Positions 10,203 through 20,521 of a stretch of 64,000 nucleotides of DNA are shown piece by piece. The position numbers were made by a program, and so were the translations under genes. The stretch's first letter is position 1, and the number at the start of each line of letters is the position of its first letter. The stretch is from a virus: IMG/VR virus record IMGVR_UViG_3300025108_004499; one strand, 5' to 3'. The notes beneath the pieces were generated by a model. It was not told the DNA's origin and did not search any database. It saw only the letters and a list, made by a program, of their open reading frames with translations.

Positions 10203-10363
10203 TAGTCTTTCCTGTTTTCTTGGCCAATACCCATTAAAATAAGCGATACATAAAGTATGGGCCAAGCCCAGCCTGTTAGTTCATTTGTAATATGAAGGTA
10301 CATAAGAGCAATGCCAGTTAAGCCTGTTGTTCCTAAACCTGTAAATTGTGTTGGTAATTTCAT
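10202..10363 (-). CDS. 53-aa membrane protein (not in ORF track)
   Basis: MKLPTQFTGLGTTGLTGIALMYLHITNELTGWAWPILYVSLILMGIGQENRKD with GAGGA SD, downstream of a promoter. Confidence 0.65.
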   Translation of the reverse strand: MKLPTQFTGLGTTGLTGIALMYLHITNELTGWAWPILYVSLILMGIGQENRKD

Positions 10364-10383
10364 ATATAATTCCTCATTGTCTT

Positions 10384-10412
10384 ATTGTAACATTAACTAT
10401 AGTAAATGTCAA
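10384..10412 (-). promoter_or_regulatory. Sigma70-type promoter
   Basis: TTGACA-17-TACAAT. Confidence 0.7.
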
Positions 10413-10854
10413 CCATTCCTTTGTAAAATGTATCCAATTCCATCTTAGAACCCATGTCACTTTTAAACTGATTTGCTTTACGGCTTACAATAACATAATT
10501 ACTAATTTCATCTTTTCCTCCCATAGACCTTGCTATTTTATGATCTACAGTAGGCTGAAAGAATCCGTCATAGTTATCAATGTTTGGATTTGTTACTTTA
10601 TTTTTTCCACGTCCGTAGTCTAACGGTGTACCAAAAATAGGACACAAGTCTGGAGCAATTTTTGCAAGCTCAAACGGATCGCCTTCCCACTTAACTGTGT
10701 GAGCCCAAATAAGTTTTAAAAACTGATCTTGCTTTGTAGACTTTTTAAACATTTCAAAAAATGTTGCATATGTACTAGCATCGTCTAAAGAATGAAACTT
10801 ACGTGAGGAGAGAGCCCGAAGGCCCTCTTCTCTAATTTTTATTAAGTCTGCCAT
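10393..10854 (-). CDS. HNH endonuclease-like protein
   Basis: CPIFGTPL..PTVDHKIARSMGG..SNYVIVSRKANQFK. Confidence 0.75.
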   Translation of the reverse strand: MADLIKIREEGLRALSSRKFHSLDDASTYATFFEMFKKSTKQDQFLKLIWAHTVKWEGDPFELAKIAPDLCPIFGTPLDYGRGKNKVTNPNIDNYDGFFQPTVDHKIARSMGGKDEISNYVIVSRKANQFKSDMGSKMELDTFYKGMVDIYYS

Positions 10855-12309
10855 TTACATAAACTCCGCAAACTTATCATCTTCTTGCTTCTGTGCTTTA
10901 TTGTTAAAAGCATCAACATCAATGAGAGTTGAATACTCTGCAACGTTGCCGTTTGTATCTGTATATACATAAGGTACATCAATTGTAAAGTCAGAACCAC
11001 CTTTTACAACAGTAGGAATAACTAAATCATAACCTTTTTGTTTACCAGGCTGTGCTTGTATATGTTGCTCACGATTATCAATTAATGATTTAATTGCCGC
11101 GGCAATCATTAGTCCACGATTTGATCCTGATGTAAATCGATGATCTTTCCACTCTGTGTATTTGCCTGATTTTGTTTTTTCAGGATACTGTGAACGAATA
11201 CCTTTAAGTACGTCTGACCATACCTTACTACTCGAACTCCAACGTTCACTCATAACCTGTCCAATCTTAATAAGCAGATCATCAGTTACTGACTTCTTAG
11301 GCATCTGTGTAAACAGCTCTGTCAACCCCCATACTGGCGCATGATCGATTGCAGAGAAATGCCATGCATTGCGTACACATTTAAGTGCCATTTCAAATGC
11401 AAATCTATTTGAGTAATTGTCTTTACAAAACTCTTTAAAGTGTTTTTGCATATGAGCAGTATGTTTTGTTTCGCCAGCACCTGGTGTTGCACTTTCTGGC
11501 ACAGGTGTAATATTAACGTTATCAAAAACTCGCATAAGATTGTATGCTGGTTGATCTTCTAACTTTACATCAAGTCCTGCTTGAAGCATTGCTCTCGCTC
11601 TGTTGTTACGAACTTTAACAAAGTCATAGTCAGTAATAGGAACAACATCTGCGTTACAAGCCAAGAACTGATTAAAGTCAATGTATGGCATATCTTTCAT
11701 ACTAAAGCCTACAATAAGAGTCTTTACTCCGTGTAGTGCTAGTGCCATTGAACCCTGCATACCATCATTTAAAAATACACGTTCTTCGTCTGCGGCATAA
11801 CGTCCTTTAGCACCAAATACAAGACTGCTATCAAAGTTCATTGCAATCTCAAACATACGCCACAAGTAAATTACTCGTTGTGCTTTCATGTTCATAGCAA
11901 CAAGACTTTGATCAACAGCAAGTCCATTCATTACTGCTTCGTCTAAATTATATGATTGTAGTTGTACACCGTACAATACAGGCTTGCCTGTTTCAGGATC
12001 AACAACAGCATTAAGTGCATCTAGTGCCATTTTAAATGCAGTAACAAAGTCTACTGTACCCATTGACTCTAAGTTAAGGGCACCTTTGCTTACATTCAAC
12101 TTAGGCAAGTTTGCACGTTTGATTAATTGTAGTTTTCGTTGATAGTCTTCAGGTTCTAAAAATTTGATAGGTGTCCGTTCTTCTTTTGGACCAAAGAAGA
12201 TTGATAAGTCTTCTCCATAGGCAGATTGTATGCTGTCTGCATACCCGTTTACAATTGATTTCTTCCAATTGTCTACATAATTAAATAGGCTTACGTATGG
12301 CTCTTTCAT
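10855..12309 (-). CDS. 484-aa protein with a divergent ParB/Srx (DGQHR-like) domain
   Basis: AQR..IAMNFD..FLNDGMQGSMAL resembles QR...FD...DGQHR..A; strong GAGGAG SD and its own promoter. Confidence 0.45.
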   Translation of the reverse strand: MKEPYVSLFNYVDNWKKSIVNGYADSIQSAYGEDLSIFFGPKEERTPIKFLEPEDYQRKLQLIKRANLPKLNVSKGALNLESMGTVDFVTAFKMALDALNAVVDPETGKPVLYGVQLQSYNLDEAVMNGLAVDQSLVAMNMKAQRVIYLWRMFEIAMNFDSSLVFGAKGRYAADEERVFLNDGMQGSMALALHGVKTLIVGFSMKDMPYIDFNQFLACNADVVPITDYDFVKVRNNRARAMLQAGLDVKLEDQPAYNLMRVFDNVNITPVPESATPGAGETKHTAHMQKHFKEFCKDNYSNRFAFEMALKCVRNAWHFSAIDHAPVWGLTELFTQMPKKSVTDDLLIKIGQVMSERWSSSSKVWSDVLKGIRSQYPEKTKSGKYTEWKDHRFTSGSNRGLMIAAAIKSLIDNREQHIQAQPGKQKGYDLVIPTVVKGGSDFTIDVPYVYTDTNGNVAEYSTLIDVDAFNNKAQKQEDDKFAEFM

Positions 12310-12406
12310 AGTGTGTCTCCTCGACTGTTAAATTATTGGAACGTTTCTATGTTCCCTATTGTACAATAAGCTCATCATTACTGACTTTTTGCTTCATTGT
12401 CTATAC

Positions 12407-12435
12407 AGTATACTATAATATTGTTCTAATGTCAA
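12407..12435 (-). promoter_or_regulatory. Sigma70-type promoter
   Basis: TTGACA-17-TATACT. Confidence 0.8.
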
Positions 12436-12443
12436 CAGTTAAT

Positions 12444-13502
12444 TTAACCAAAATCAAATAAACTTGCCGCACTAGGATCTATGTTTGCTTGCGCCATAGT
12501 TCCATAATCAGTTGCTTCATGTACTTCTCGTGGTACAAACAATCTGTCCATGTACTTTTTAATTTGTCTGTGTTTCATGCCAATGTTCTTACCCCAATAC
12601 AAATCTCTTTGTTCTTTGTTCATTGGTCTGCGAACTGCACTTACACATACATAATCACGTTCTGCAAAGAAGTCATATAAGTCTTGTGGTTCGTATCCAA
12701 ACAATGTACATTGCTTAGGCACAATCTCAACTTGTACACTAGGACGACATCTATCGATTGTATCTTTTGCACCTTGCATAACTAATAGCTCACTGCCTTC
12801 AACATCAATCTTGATACAGTCTACATCTTCAAAGTTATAACTGTCAATAGTACGTGCTGGTACAGGTACTAAGTTTTGACTATCACGTAGTTTAACATTA
12901 TCACTATCTAATACAACATGATTATGCCCTCCGTGATCAGTATGATCTAAAATATCAATAGTACCTTCATTACGATTAGTTGCGGCAACTTCATGTACTG
13001 TAATGTTTGCAGTAATGTTCATACTTTGGTGTACACCTTTATGTATGTACCAACCTGCTTTTGCATATTCATCTCGCCACATATCGCCTTCTTGATCTGT
13101 ACCTTTCCAATACACTCCTTTTAGATCTTGATGCTTTGCAATATTAATATTTGCAAGTAACATTTTAAGTGTAGTTGGTGTAGGTTCAAAAGACTCTACA
13201 TTCTCTGCCCATTCTCCATAAGCAATAGTATTATTGCCTACGTTAGCACCAACGTCTATAATACGTTTTGCATTAGGATAAATTGTACGGATTAGTCTTG
13301 AGTTGTTGCCTTGATAATATACGTTGTTTCCGCTAAATCGAGGCCCTTGTAGGTTATCGTGTGCAAGTAACCAGTAACACCGTCCAAACTTGTTTACTAC
13401 AAGCCTAAACAATGGATCACTGTATAGTCCACTTGCTTCCTTAAAATTAAAATTTTCTTCAAATTGTTCTGCTGAGATTTCAGCTGTGATTTTTACTGCC
13501 AT
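12444..13502 (-). CDS. FkbM-family methyltransferase
   Basis: IIDVGANVG, FEPTP, IKIDVEGSE. Confidence 0.88.
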   Translation of the reverse strand: MAVKITAEISAEQFEENFNFKEASGLYSDPLFRLVVNKFGRCYWLLAHDNLQGPRFSGNNVYYQGNNSRLIRTIYPNAKRIIDVGANVGNNTIAYGEWAENVESFEPTPTTLKMLLANINIAKHQDLKGVYWKGTDQEGDMWRDEYAKAGWYIHKGVHQSMNITANITVHEVAATNRNEGTIDILDHTDHGGHNHVVLDSDNVKLRDSQNLVPVPARTIDSYNFEDVDCIKIDVEGSELLVMQGAKDTIDRCRPSVQVEIVPKQCTLFGYEPQDLYDFFAERDYVCVSAVRRPMNKEQRDLYWGKNIGMKHRQIKKYMDRLFVPREVHEATDYGTMAQANIDPSAASLFDFG

Positions 13503-13545
13503 CGTAACCTCCTATATTGTGTTATCTATAATAGCGTTTTGTAAT

Positions 13546-13573
13546 AGTATATATTCTTTTACTTAATTGTCAA
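13546..13573 (-). promoter_or_regulatory. Sigma70-type promoter
   Basis: TTGACA-16-TATACT. Confidence 0.6.
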
Positions 13574-14138
13574 CCTCAATAATGATATTAAGTATATCTT
13601 CCCAAGTATCTGCTCTTAATACACCTTCATGTTCAAAATCTTTGTTGTATTCATGTGTAATTAGAATAGGTTTGTGTCCTGCATTAAGTCCTGCAATAGC
13701 ATTTTCAGGCTTATCTTCAATCCACCAATGTCCTGGTTTCCATTGTTTTAAGTGTTCGTCCTTATCAGCACCTGTAGCAATACAAGTACAGTCTACAATT
13801 ACTTCATCTCCAAACACTTGTTCTAAATTATATCTACGAATATCACCAGCACATTTATCTTCGCTTTGACTAGTAAGACATTCAAAAGTATAACCTCGTC
13901 TACCCAATCGTTGAACAGCATCAACAGCACCAGGCATGGGATCTAAATATCCCATCCAAGCACTTTCGTTAAATTGACATACTAACTTATCTGCTAGGTC
14001 TTGTTCTAGTCCGTAGCGTGTTGATTGTTTGTATACGTTTGGAGTTTTTACAGTGTAGCCTTTAGAAGCCATCCACTTACTAAAGGATGCCTCCCATACT
14101 AGAAGTACACCGTCTACGTCAGTTAATATTGGTAACAA
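13563..14138 (-). CDS. HAD-superfamily 5'(3')-deoxyribonucleotidase-like protein
   Basis: LTDVDGVL, LTS, WIEDKPEN. Confidence 0.8.
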   Translation of the reverse strand: MLPILTDVDGVLLVWEASFSKWMASKGYTVKTPNVYKQSTRYGLEQDLADKLVCQFNESAWMGYLDPMPGAVDAVQRLGRRGYTFECLTSQSEDKCAGDIRRYNLEQVFGDEVIVDCTCIATGADKDEHLKQWKPGHWWIEDKPENAIAGLNAGHKPILITHEYNKDFEHEGVLRADTWEDILNIIIEVDN

Positions 14139-14139
14139 A

Positions 14140-14559
14140 CTAGATGTCGCCTTCTTGTCTATTTTCTGAATAGTAAGGATCGAATGATCCTCCCGGATAA
14201 CGCTTTTCTAATTTTTTAACATTCTCAGCAATAACATCATTTGGGTCAATACCTAATGCAGTACAACTATTCATCCAGTACCACATAATATCACCAAGCT
14301 CACGCATTGCATGATATTGTGTATCTTTATCCATAGGCTTACCTTGGAATACACACTTCTTAATAATTTCCATAAACTCACCACCTTCTGCACTAATGCC
14401 AATAGCACCAGTCATTAGCAATGACATGTTTACGCCCATCTTACTTTCAGTTGTTTCAATATCAACTATACGATTATACATCTGCATACTTGATAGTGAT
14501 TCACCACTAGTAACTTCTCGCACGAAATCTTTATACTTGTTTAAGTCTACGTTCTTCAA
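14140..14559 (-). CDS. MazG-like nucleotide pyrophosphohydrolase
   Basis: EGGEFMEIIKK..ELGDIMWY..NVKKLEKRY. Confidence 0.85.
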   Translation of the reverse strand: MKNVDLNKYKDFVREVTSGESLSSMQMYNRIVDIETTESKMGVNMSLLMTGAIGISAEGGEFMEIIKKCVFQGKPMDKDTQYHAMRELGDIMWYWMNSCTALGIDPNDVIAENVKKLEKRYPGGSFDPYYSENRQEGDI

Positions 14560-14573
14560 TTTATTTACTTTCT

Positions 14574-15032
14574 CTATTGATTCATTTGCCCATGGGCATT
14601 TGTAAAGTCTTCTGGTCTTGCTTGATCGCCAGTTAGATCTTGTTCTAGTCCGATACGTAAATCATTTGATGGTGCTTCTTCGCTCCATCCAATAATACTT
14701 TCAGATTCAACCATTCTAATAGTAACAGGCTCTCCTGCTAAATGAAGTTCAAGTCCTCTTGTCCAACGTCCATGTTCAACTAAGATCCAATCTCCTTCTT
14801 GGTATGGATCTTTGTTTTCTGGGCCTTTAGCATATACTTGTCCCCAACGTGGGTAAATGCCTCTAGTCTCGCCGTCGTCACTTCGAATAATAATTCCACC
14901 TTTAGTAGTTTGTTCACCAAAGTGCATATTATGTACTAGTACTCTATTCCTAATTGGGCGAATACTTTCTGCCTCAATTTTAGATTGAATACCTTTTCGG
15001 CCTTGGGCCATTGCTTGATAATCAATTGACAT
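14574..15032 (-). CDS. groES: GroES-like co-chaperonin
   Basis: IRPIRNRVLV..TKGGIII..VYAKGP..GDWILV. Confidence 0.8.
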   Translation of the reverse strand: MSIDYQAMAQGRKGIQSKIEAESIRPIRNRVLVHNMHFGEQTTKGGIIIRSDDGETRGIYPRWGQVYAKGPENKDPYQEGDWILVEHGRWTRGLELHLAGEPVTIRMVESESIIGWSEEAPSNDLRIGLEQDLTGDQARPEDFTNAHGQMNQ

Positions 15033-15427
15033 TAATCACCTCTTTTTACAAAGTTACCGTCTGCATCTTCTACCCATTCATCAGCTTCTTCTTTTGCTTC
15101 AGCTTTTGTTTGACCAGCTTTTGCTTTAGTAGAACGTGCCTTAGGTGCTTCAACTTCTGTTGCTTCAACTGCTGGCTCTTCTACTACCGGTGCTTTTTCA
15201 GATGCTTCAAACTGTGTAGGCTCAACATTATCTTCATAGAAATCACGTAAAACGTCTTCACGCTTTTTAATAATCTTTCCGCCTGGACCTAGTTCGTCGC
15301 CTCTAGCATTAACACGAACATTACCAACTGCTGGTGTTAGTTCGTTTCTTTGTCTAAGCAAATCCATATCAACAGGTTTACCCTGCATTGATCTGTATTG
15401 TTTTCGACCTGTTTGTTTTACTGCCAT
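15032..15427 (-). CDS. Hypothetical protein
   Basis: 131-aa ORF with AGGAG SD. Confidence 0.7.
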   Translation of the reverse strand: MAVKQTGRKQYRSMQGKPVDMDLLRQRNELTPAVGNVRVNARGDELGPGGKIIKKREDVLRDFYEDNVEPTQFEASEKAPVVEEPAVEATEVEAPKARSTKAKAGQTKAEAKEEADEWVEDADGNFVKRGD

Positions 15428-15452
15428 CTTCTTCTCCTGGTTATATACTTAC

Positions 15453-15974
15453 TTATCTCAAGAACTCTCTCCAATCCAGGTCAAACTGGATTGAATTAAT
15501 TTTGTGTATACCTATTAAGTATAACACATATGATGCTACAGAGCTACCTCTACCTACTCCCCAAACAATATTGTTCTCACGCATGAAGTCTACAAGGTAG
15601 ATCATATACTGTAACAGTGGCATCATTCCTCTGCCTTCAAACTGTGCAAGTTCTTCTGCACATCTTGCTGTTTCGTCTTGTGTAGTACATTTTGTTAGAA
15701 TATAGTTATGTACGTTTATCTTTTTATATTCATCAGGCATAAACCATTCACCTTGACATACACCGTCAAAAGTCTTTTGATCTACATCTAAAGGAATATA
15801 TTTTTGTAGTTTATCAAAGCCTTGTTCTTCCATTGCTTTGTTAAACATATCTACATCATCAGATTCATCACACAGAACTACATGACATTTATCAGCGTGT
15901 CCGCTATAAATCATGTCGACAAGGTCTTTATTGTTAAATCTCGGAATGCCGAGTGAGTCTGTTTTCATAAGCAT
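15453..15974 (-). CDS. Stand-alone fragment of DNA polymerase III alpha (DnaE)
   Basis: R..EEL..F....YLVDFMREN.IVWGVGRGSSVASYVLYLIGI..I...F.L...FL matches the DnaE GxGRGS region. Confidence 0.85.
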   Translation of the reverse strand: MLMKTDSLGIPRFNNKDLVDMIYSGHADKCHVVLCDESDDVDMFNKAMEEQGFDKLQKYIPLDVDQKTFDGVCQGEWFMPDEYKKINVHNYILTKCTTQDETARCAEELAQFEGRGMMPLLQYMIYLVDFMRENNIVWGVGRGSSVASYVLYLIGIHKINSIQFDLDWREFLR

Positions 15975-15983
15975 ACATGTATT

Positions 15984-16223
15984 TTAACTGATATTAATCA
16001 GTTTGTCAAGATCTAAATCGCCATTTTGTTGATTTTCTGCATCTTGAGTTCGGATTTTGGCTTCTTTTATAAGAGCTTCTTGCTTGTAGTATTCAATAAA
16101 CGTTGTAATTTGTTCTTGAACTTGAGGATTATTAGTTGCAAAATACTTTGAAGTTAGTTCTGCAACTTTATCGTATAATTGAGATACTGTCATATCTGAT
16201 GTATCTTCTGCAAACGGATGCAT
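15984..16223 (-). CDS. Hypothetical protein
   Basis: 79-aa ORF in operon context. Confidence 0.6.
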   Translation of the reverse strand: MHPFAEDTSDMTVSQLYDKVAELTSKYFATNNPQVQEQITTFIEYYKQEALIKEAKIRTQDAENQQNGDLDLDKLINIS

Positions 16224-16224
16224 C

Positions 16225-16830
16225 TTACTGATATATACCTAAGTATTCAGCCCATACAGTTGCACCACTGTCGTAACTTACAAATTCAAATGCAAAGTAC
16301 TTAGATTCTTCACCAGCACCTGGAGCACCAATTACTGCTGTAAGATCACCAGTTGGCCAGTTAGCATTTTTCTTAATAGTTCCACCACCTGCATTACTTG
16401 CAAATGTAACAGTTCTATTAGTAGCACTACCTGCCGCTTGATCACTTTTAATATGCAAACGTATTTTACCTGTTCTTGCTAGTTCACTTGACCAGTTAGA
16501 CAGTGTAAGTGTAATGTCTGCACCTACTGTAAACTCTTGATATGCGCCGTTGTCGAGGTTAATGTTTTGACTAGTATTAATAGTTGCACCAGCAATATAT
16601 CCTGTTTCGGTAGTATTTTGAAAGTTTGCATTATTAATAGTATTTCCTAAGAAATTATTCTCTGCATTCTTAACTGCACCGTTAGTTTGTATTGCTTCAA
16701 TCTCTGTCTTAGCCGCTACAAAGTTTGCTTTAATTGTTGTGAAATTATCACGAAATCCTTGCGAGTCGTTATCTTGTCCCGCTATAGGAAAATCACTGTT
16801 AATTCCTGTATCACTAATATTACTTGCCAT
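16225..16830 (-). CDS. Virion structural protein (baseplate/fibre-associated)
   Basis: N-terminal GQDNDSQGFRDNF..IKANF helix, then a beta-rich body; late TAAATA plus SD. Confidence 0.65.
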   Translation of the reverse strand: MASNISDTGINSDFPIAGQDNDSQGFRDNFTTIKANFVAAKTEIEAIQTNGAVKNAENNFLGNTINNANFQNTTETGYIAGATINTSQNINLDNGAYQEFTVGADITLTLSNWSSELARTGKIRLHIKSDQAAGSATNRTVTFASNAGGGTIKKNANWPTGDLTAVIGAPGAGEESKYFAFEFVSYDSGATVWAEYLGIYQ

Positions 16831-16863
16831 AGTTTATCCTCTCGTTGCTATTATTTATCAGCA

Positions 16864-19821
16864 TTATACATTGAATTGGTAATTTGCGAACGGAACATAT
16901 TGTTCGTTACTATTACCATCTGTACTGTCGATATTGTATCTTTCGATCTCAATATCTAGTTGTTTAAAGTTAAAATTACTATTGTTAATGTTAAGTATTA
17001 TACTATCAGCTTCACCTGGTTTACAGTAACATAGTGGTATTGCTAGTTTAAAGCCTAGTTCTGCTTGTCCTGCTGTTTGTGAAGTACGCATCCATAAAGG
17101 GTAAAACTCTCTAAGATTTTTACCAATAGCTCTTATTCTATCTCTCATATTAGTAATGTTACTAATATACTTTCTTTGATCATTACTATCACTAATCTTA
17201 ATTGCATCACTATCAATTTTAATTGTATTTGTTATTGGACGCAATCTTAATGGATCTGAACTAATACTATCATCAATACTTTGACTACTAATAGTTGTAC
17301 CATCTTGTAGTTCAACTGTAATACTACCGCCTGAAGCAAATGATATAGGTCCTACTCTAGTAAAGAATGAAATTGTTCCTGTATTTGCAGGACTAAGTCC
17401 GTCACCGCCACGTAGGCCTAAGTCAAAAAATCCTTGTCCTGTACCTACACCAGTATTATCATCTGTAACAGCATATTGAATTTGATCTGTTGTAATTTTA
17501 TTTTGTGTTGCAATAGTAAAGTTAGTATTTGTTTTTCCTTTACCTTCATCAGGTTCGGAAGGATCAATTACATCTACATATATTACTTCGTATACAGAAT
17601 CATTGTCTCCTGGATTTTTTGCTATTGCTTTTTTAACAGCACCTAATTTATATTGTTTACGCTTATGATTTTTAGCAACCGCCGCAACAAATTCTCCAAT
17701 AGACTTTGTTTCAATACCTGCATAAGCCAACATTTTTATTTGTGGTTGTAGACCAAACGAATCATCATTTGGTCTGTATATACTTGCTGGTGTAAAGATA
17801 GTAGGATCAGATATAAAGTTTCTAAATGTATTTCTTTGTGTTTGTTTCAACAACGGCACCATTGATATACTACTATAAAGAGTATCGTCTGGATCAGTTG
17901 TTGTAATAGTAAACGTTCTTGTTGTTGCACTAAATTGGAATTGGTCTTGTGCTTTAACTGTAAATGTATAACTTCTATCAATAGTTGTTGTAGCACCGTC
18001 AAATGTTGTTTGTGTTGTTGCTTTGTCTATTGTAGTCAATCCTGGATTACCCGGCTCACCAAATTGATTAATTTTACCTTGTAACTGTCCGTCAATAGCA
18101 AGAGTAAGTCCTGGCGGAAGTTTACCTGAATCTAATGTGTATAATACAACAGCATTAGGTACACTACTTGTAGCACTAACATTTAGTGTACTAACAAAGT
18201 TAGCTCTTAAGTTTCCTAGTGATGTTAGCGTGTTCCATGTAATAGCACTTTCAATTTCACCTAATAGTTTAACTGTAAATTGTTTGTCTTTAGATACTGT
18301 TGGATTAAATAATGATGTTGTTCTTTTATCAAAACTATAAAACGACATAGTAACAACTTTGTTTGCAACAGTTGCTCCAAATGCATCATAAGTTTTATAA
18401 CCTATGTTTGCAATAGTTCCTAAGAACGATCCTCTTAAATAGTCTACACTTCCTACTTCAATTTTTGTTACTGACTTATCAGCTGATGTAGATGTTACTC
18501 TACCATTTTCTATTGTCCAAACAGATTTATCTATAATATCGATTGCTTTATAACTTTTGTTATCACCTGAGTCTGCTTCTGTTACAGGAACTTCGTTAAA
18601 TACTATCCAACCTGTTGCTCCTAATCCGTTAAACAAACTATCAGCAAAATCAGTAAATGCTACATTATCGTCGCCACTCCAAGTTTCACCAACACCAATG
18701 TTGTTTGCAAATGGTTCTGTAGATGTAGTTTCTTTAGATCCAATTTGTCTTAGTGCTTCAATAGTAAATTTGTATTCTGTAGTAACTGCTGGTTGATAAG
18801 GAATACGTCCAGCAATCTCACCAGTTGTACTATCAATAGACATACCTGGCGGTAATGCACTTACACTACCATCTTCGTTAGAATCTTTAACTGTAAAACT
18901 AATAATACCAGTGTTGCTAGTAGGATCGTATACATCAAGGAATAATGTTACATAATTATTTGCTCTACGGTATCCTAAGTCACTTGGGGTTAACCAAACA
19001 GGAGCTCTTAAGTACGTATTGTCTGCTGTAAACAATCCAGTACCGAGTTGCATAATAGTATTATCTGTTCTTAGGAAGTCGTCACCTACAAGATAAATTT
19101 GAAATTTACGTTTTGCAATTACAACACCGTCGCTTGCACTTACTGTAAATTCGTAGTATCTATTTAATTTTTTAGGACTTTGTGTAGGAATATTATAATC
19201 ATAGAATGTTGTATCGTAGTAATAACTTTCAAAACCGTTTGCACTCTTTACACCAAAATCAAACGGAGAATTACCATATACATTACTATCAAAGAAGCCA
19301 CTGCTTGCTCTTTTTTCTAATGCTAGTATTGGTTCAACAACACCAGTAAGTTTACCAGTTGTTATACCTAGTTCAATGCCTGGAGGTAGTTCGCCATCAT
19401 TATCAGCAATAAAATATTCAATATTATCGCCTGCTGGTAAATCAGGATCTATAACTTGTAGTTGAAAGTCTACAGGACTACTATCTAGTATATAAAACTT
19501 ATTATTAGGACCAATAGGTAAAGAACCTTCTTCTGTGACCCAAACTGGAGCATCAGCTCCGTCGATAGTTAGTCTTAATGTTATATCTTCTTTGTCATTT
19601 CCTTTTACTGCACGAATAACAAATCTAAATAACTTTAGTCTTTTAACTTCGAACGGAGTACCTAATAAGTTGTCTCCTTCAATTCTTAACCCACCTGGCA
19701 ACTTTCCGCTAATAAGTGAAAGTGTACAACCAGCTACAACAGGTAATGCAATAGTCTGCGTAATACTTTCTTGGTATGTACCTAAGTTGTGTCCTGGTTT
19801 AACAGTCCATAATTGCGCCAT
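16864..19821 (-). CDS. Baseplate wedge-like protein with Ig-like repeats (start revised to 19821)
   Basis: Repeated G.LPPG...G.(L/I).G....F...A motifs; GGGAG SD before MAQLW. Confidence 0.7.
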   Translation of the reverse strand: MAQLWTVKPGHNLGTYQESITQTIALPVVAGCTLSLISGKLPGGLRIEGDNLLGTPFEVKRLKLFRFVIRAVKGNDKEDITLRLTIDGADAPVWVTEEGSLPIGPNNKFYILDSSPVDFQLQVIDPDLPAGDNIEYFIADNDGELPPGIELGITTGKLTGVVEPILALEKRASSGFFDSNVYGNSPFDFGVKSANGFESYYYDTTFYDYNIPTQSPKKLNRYYEFTVSASDGVVIAKRKFQIYLVGDDFLRTDNTIMQLGTGLFTADNTYLRAPVWLTPSDLGYRRANNYVTLFLDVYDPTSNTGIISFTVKDSNEDGSVSALPPGMSIDSTTGEIAGRIPYQPAVTTEYKFTIEALRQIGSKETTSTEPFANNIGVGETWSGDDNVAFTDFADSLFNGLGATGWIVFNEVPVTEADSGDNKSYKAIDIIDKSVWTIENGRVTSTSADKSVTKIEVGSVDYLRGSFLGTIANIGYKTYDAFGATVANKVVTMSFYSFDKRTTSLFNPTVSKDKQFTVKLLGEIESAITWNTLTSLGNLRANFVSTLNVSATSSVPNAVVLYTLDSGKLPPGLTLAIDGQLQGKINQFGEPGNPGLTTIDKATTQTTFDGATTTIDRSYTFTVKAQDQFQFSATTRTFTITTTDPDDTLYSSISMVPLLKQTQRNTFRNFISDPTIFTPASIYRPNDDSFGLQPQIKMLAYAGIETKSIGEFVAAVAKNHKRKQYKLGAVKKAIAKNPGDNDSVYEVIYVDVIDPSEPDEGKGKTNTNFTIATQNKITTDQIQYAVTDDNTGVGTGQGFFDLGLRGGDGLSPANTGTISFFTRVGPISFASGGSITVELQDGTTISSQSIDDSISSDPLRLRPITNTIKIDSDAIKISDSNDQRKYISNITNMRDRIRAIGKNLREFYPLWMRTSQTAGQAELGFKLAIPLCYCKPGEADSIILNINNSNFNFKQLDIEIERYNIDSTDGNSNEQYVPFANYQFNV

Positions 19822-19831
19822 GCAAAACTCC

Positions 19832-20521
19832 CTATAGCGTTCCCATATCTGCTTCAACTGCTGTTGACCCTGTGAACGTTTCAGTTCCGTTATCATAGTC
19901 AACTGTTAAATTATGTGCTAGATATTCTAATGTACTAGTAAACACTGTGGGAACTGCTTCGCCCATATCTAGTGTTAGATATTGTTGTAGTCCGTCAAAC
20001 GTTCTAATATCTAATCCATGTACATTACCAGTCATGTTACCTACGTTAGTAATGTCATTAGTTTGTGCGTTTAGTGTTGCTGTAAGTTTAGGATCTGTAT
20101 CAGTCTGTACAGAAGTTACACTACTAATTGTAAGTGTATTTCCACTTAAATTTGTTGTAGTAGTTCCACCGCCTGCAAGTGTTAAAGAATTACCGTTAGA
20201 ATCTAATGTAATATTATTGTTATCTGCAAATACTTGTACGCTAGGAAGTCCTGTTGCTGTGCTATTAATTGTAATAGCGTTAGCATCAGCCGCTAGTGAT
20301 ATTGCTGTACCTGCTACAATCTTTTTAAACTGTAGGTCAGTTCCACTTATTTGACCAAACACACCTTCACCTGCACTACCTAAGTTAGATACAGTAGTTG
20401 ATTCTGTACTTCTAGCATTTAGTTCTGCAAAGTTATTGTTTACTTTTACAAATGCTTCACGTAGATCATCACCTGTGCCGTCGTTTGCAATATTACCTAT
20501 ATTTACTATTTGAATTGCCAT
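19832..20521 (-). CDS. Baseplate/fibre protein with gp9/gp10-like N-terminus
   Basis: NIG..ANDGTGDDLREAFVKVNNNFAEL. Confidence 0.7.
   Translation of the reverse strand: MAIQIVNIGNIANDGTGDDLREAFVKVNNNFAELNARSTESTTVSNLGSAGEGVFGQISGTDLQFKKIVAGTAISLAADANAITINSTATGLPSVQVFADNNNITLDSNGNSLTLAGGGTTTTNLSGNTLTISSVTSVQTDTDPKLTATLNAQTNDITNVGNMTGNVHGLDIRTFDGLQQYLTLDMGEAVPTVFTSTLEYLAHNLTVDYDNGTETFTGSTAVEADMGTL

Noticed and set aside
19822-19902. N-terminal extensions given by the ORF track (also 10203-10265, 37818-37877, 38882-38896, 50381-50434)
   Set aside because: They overlap upstream genes; downstream ATGs have a better SD, coupling or promoter context
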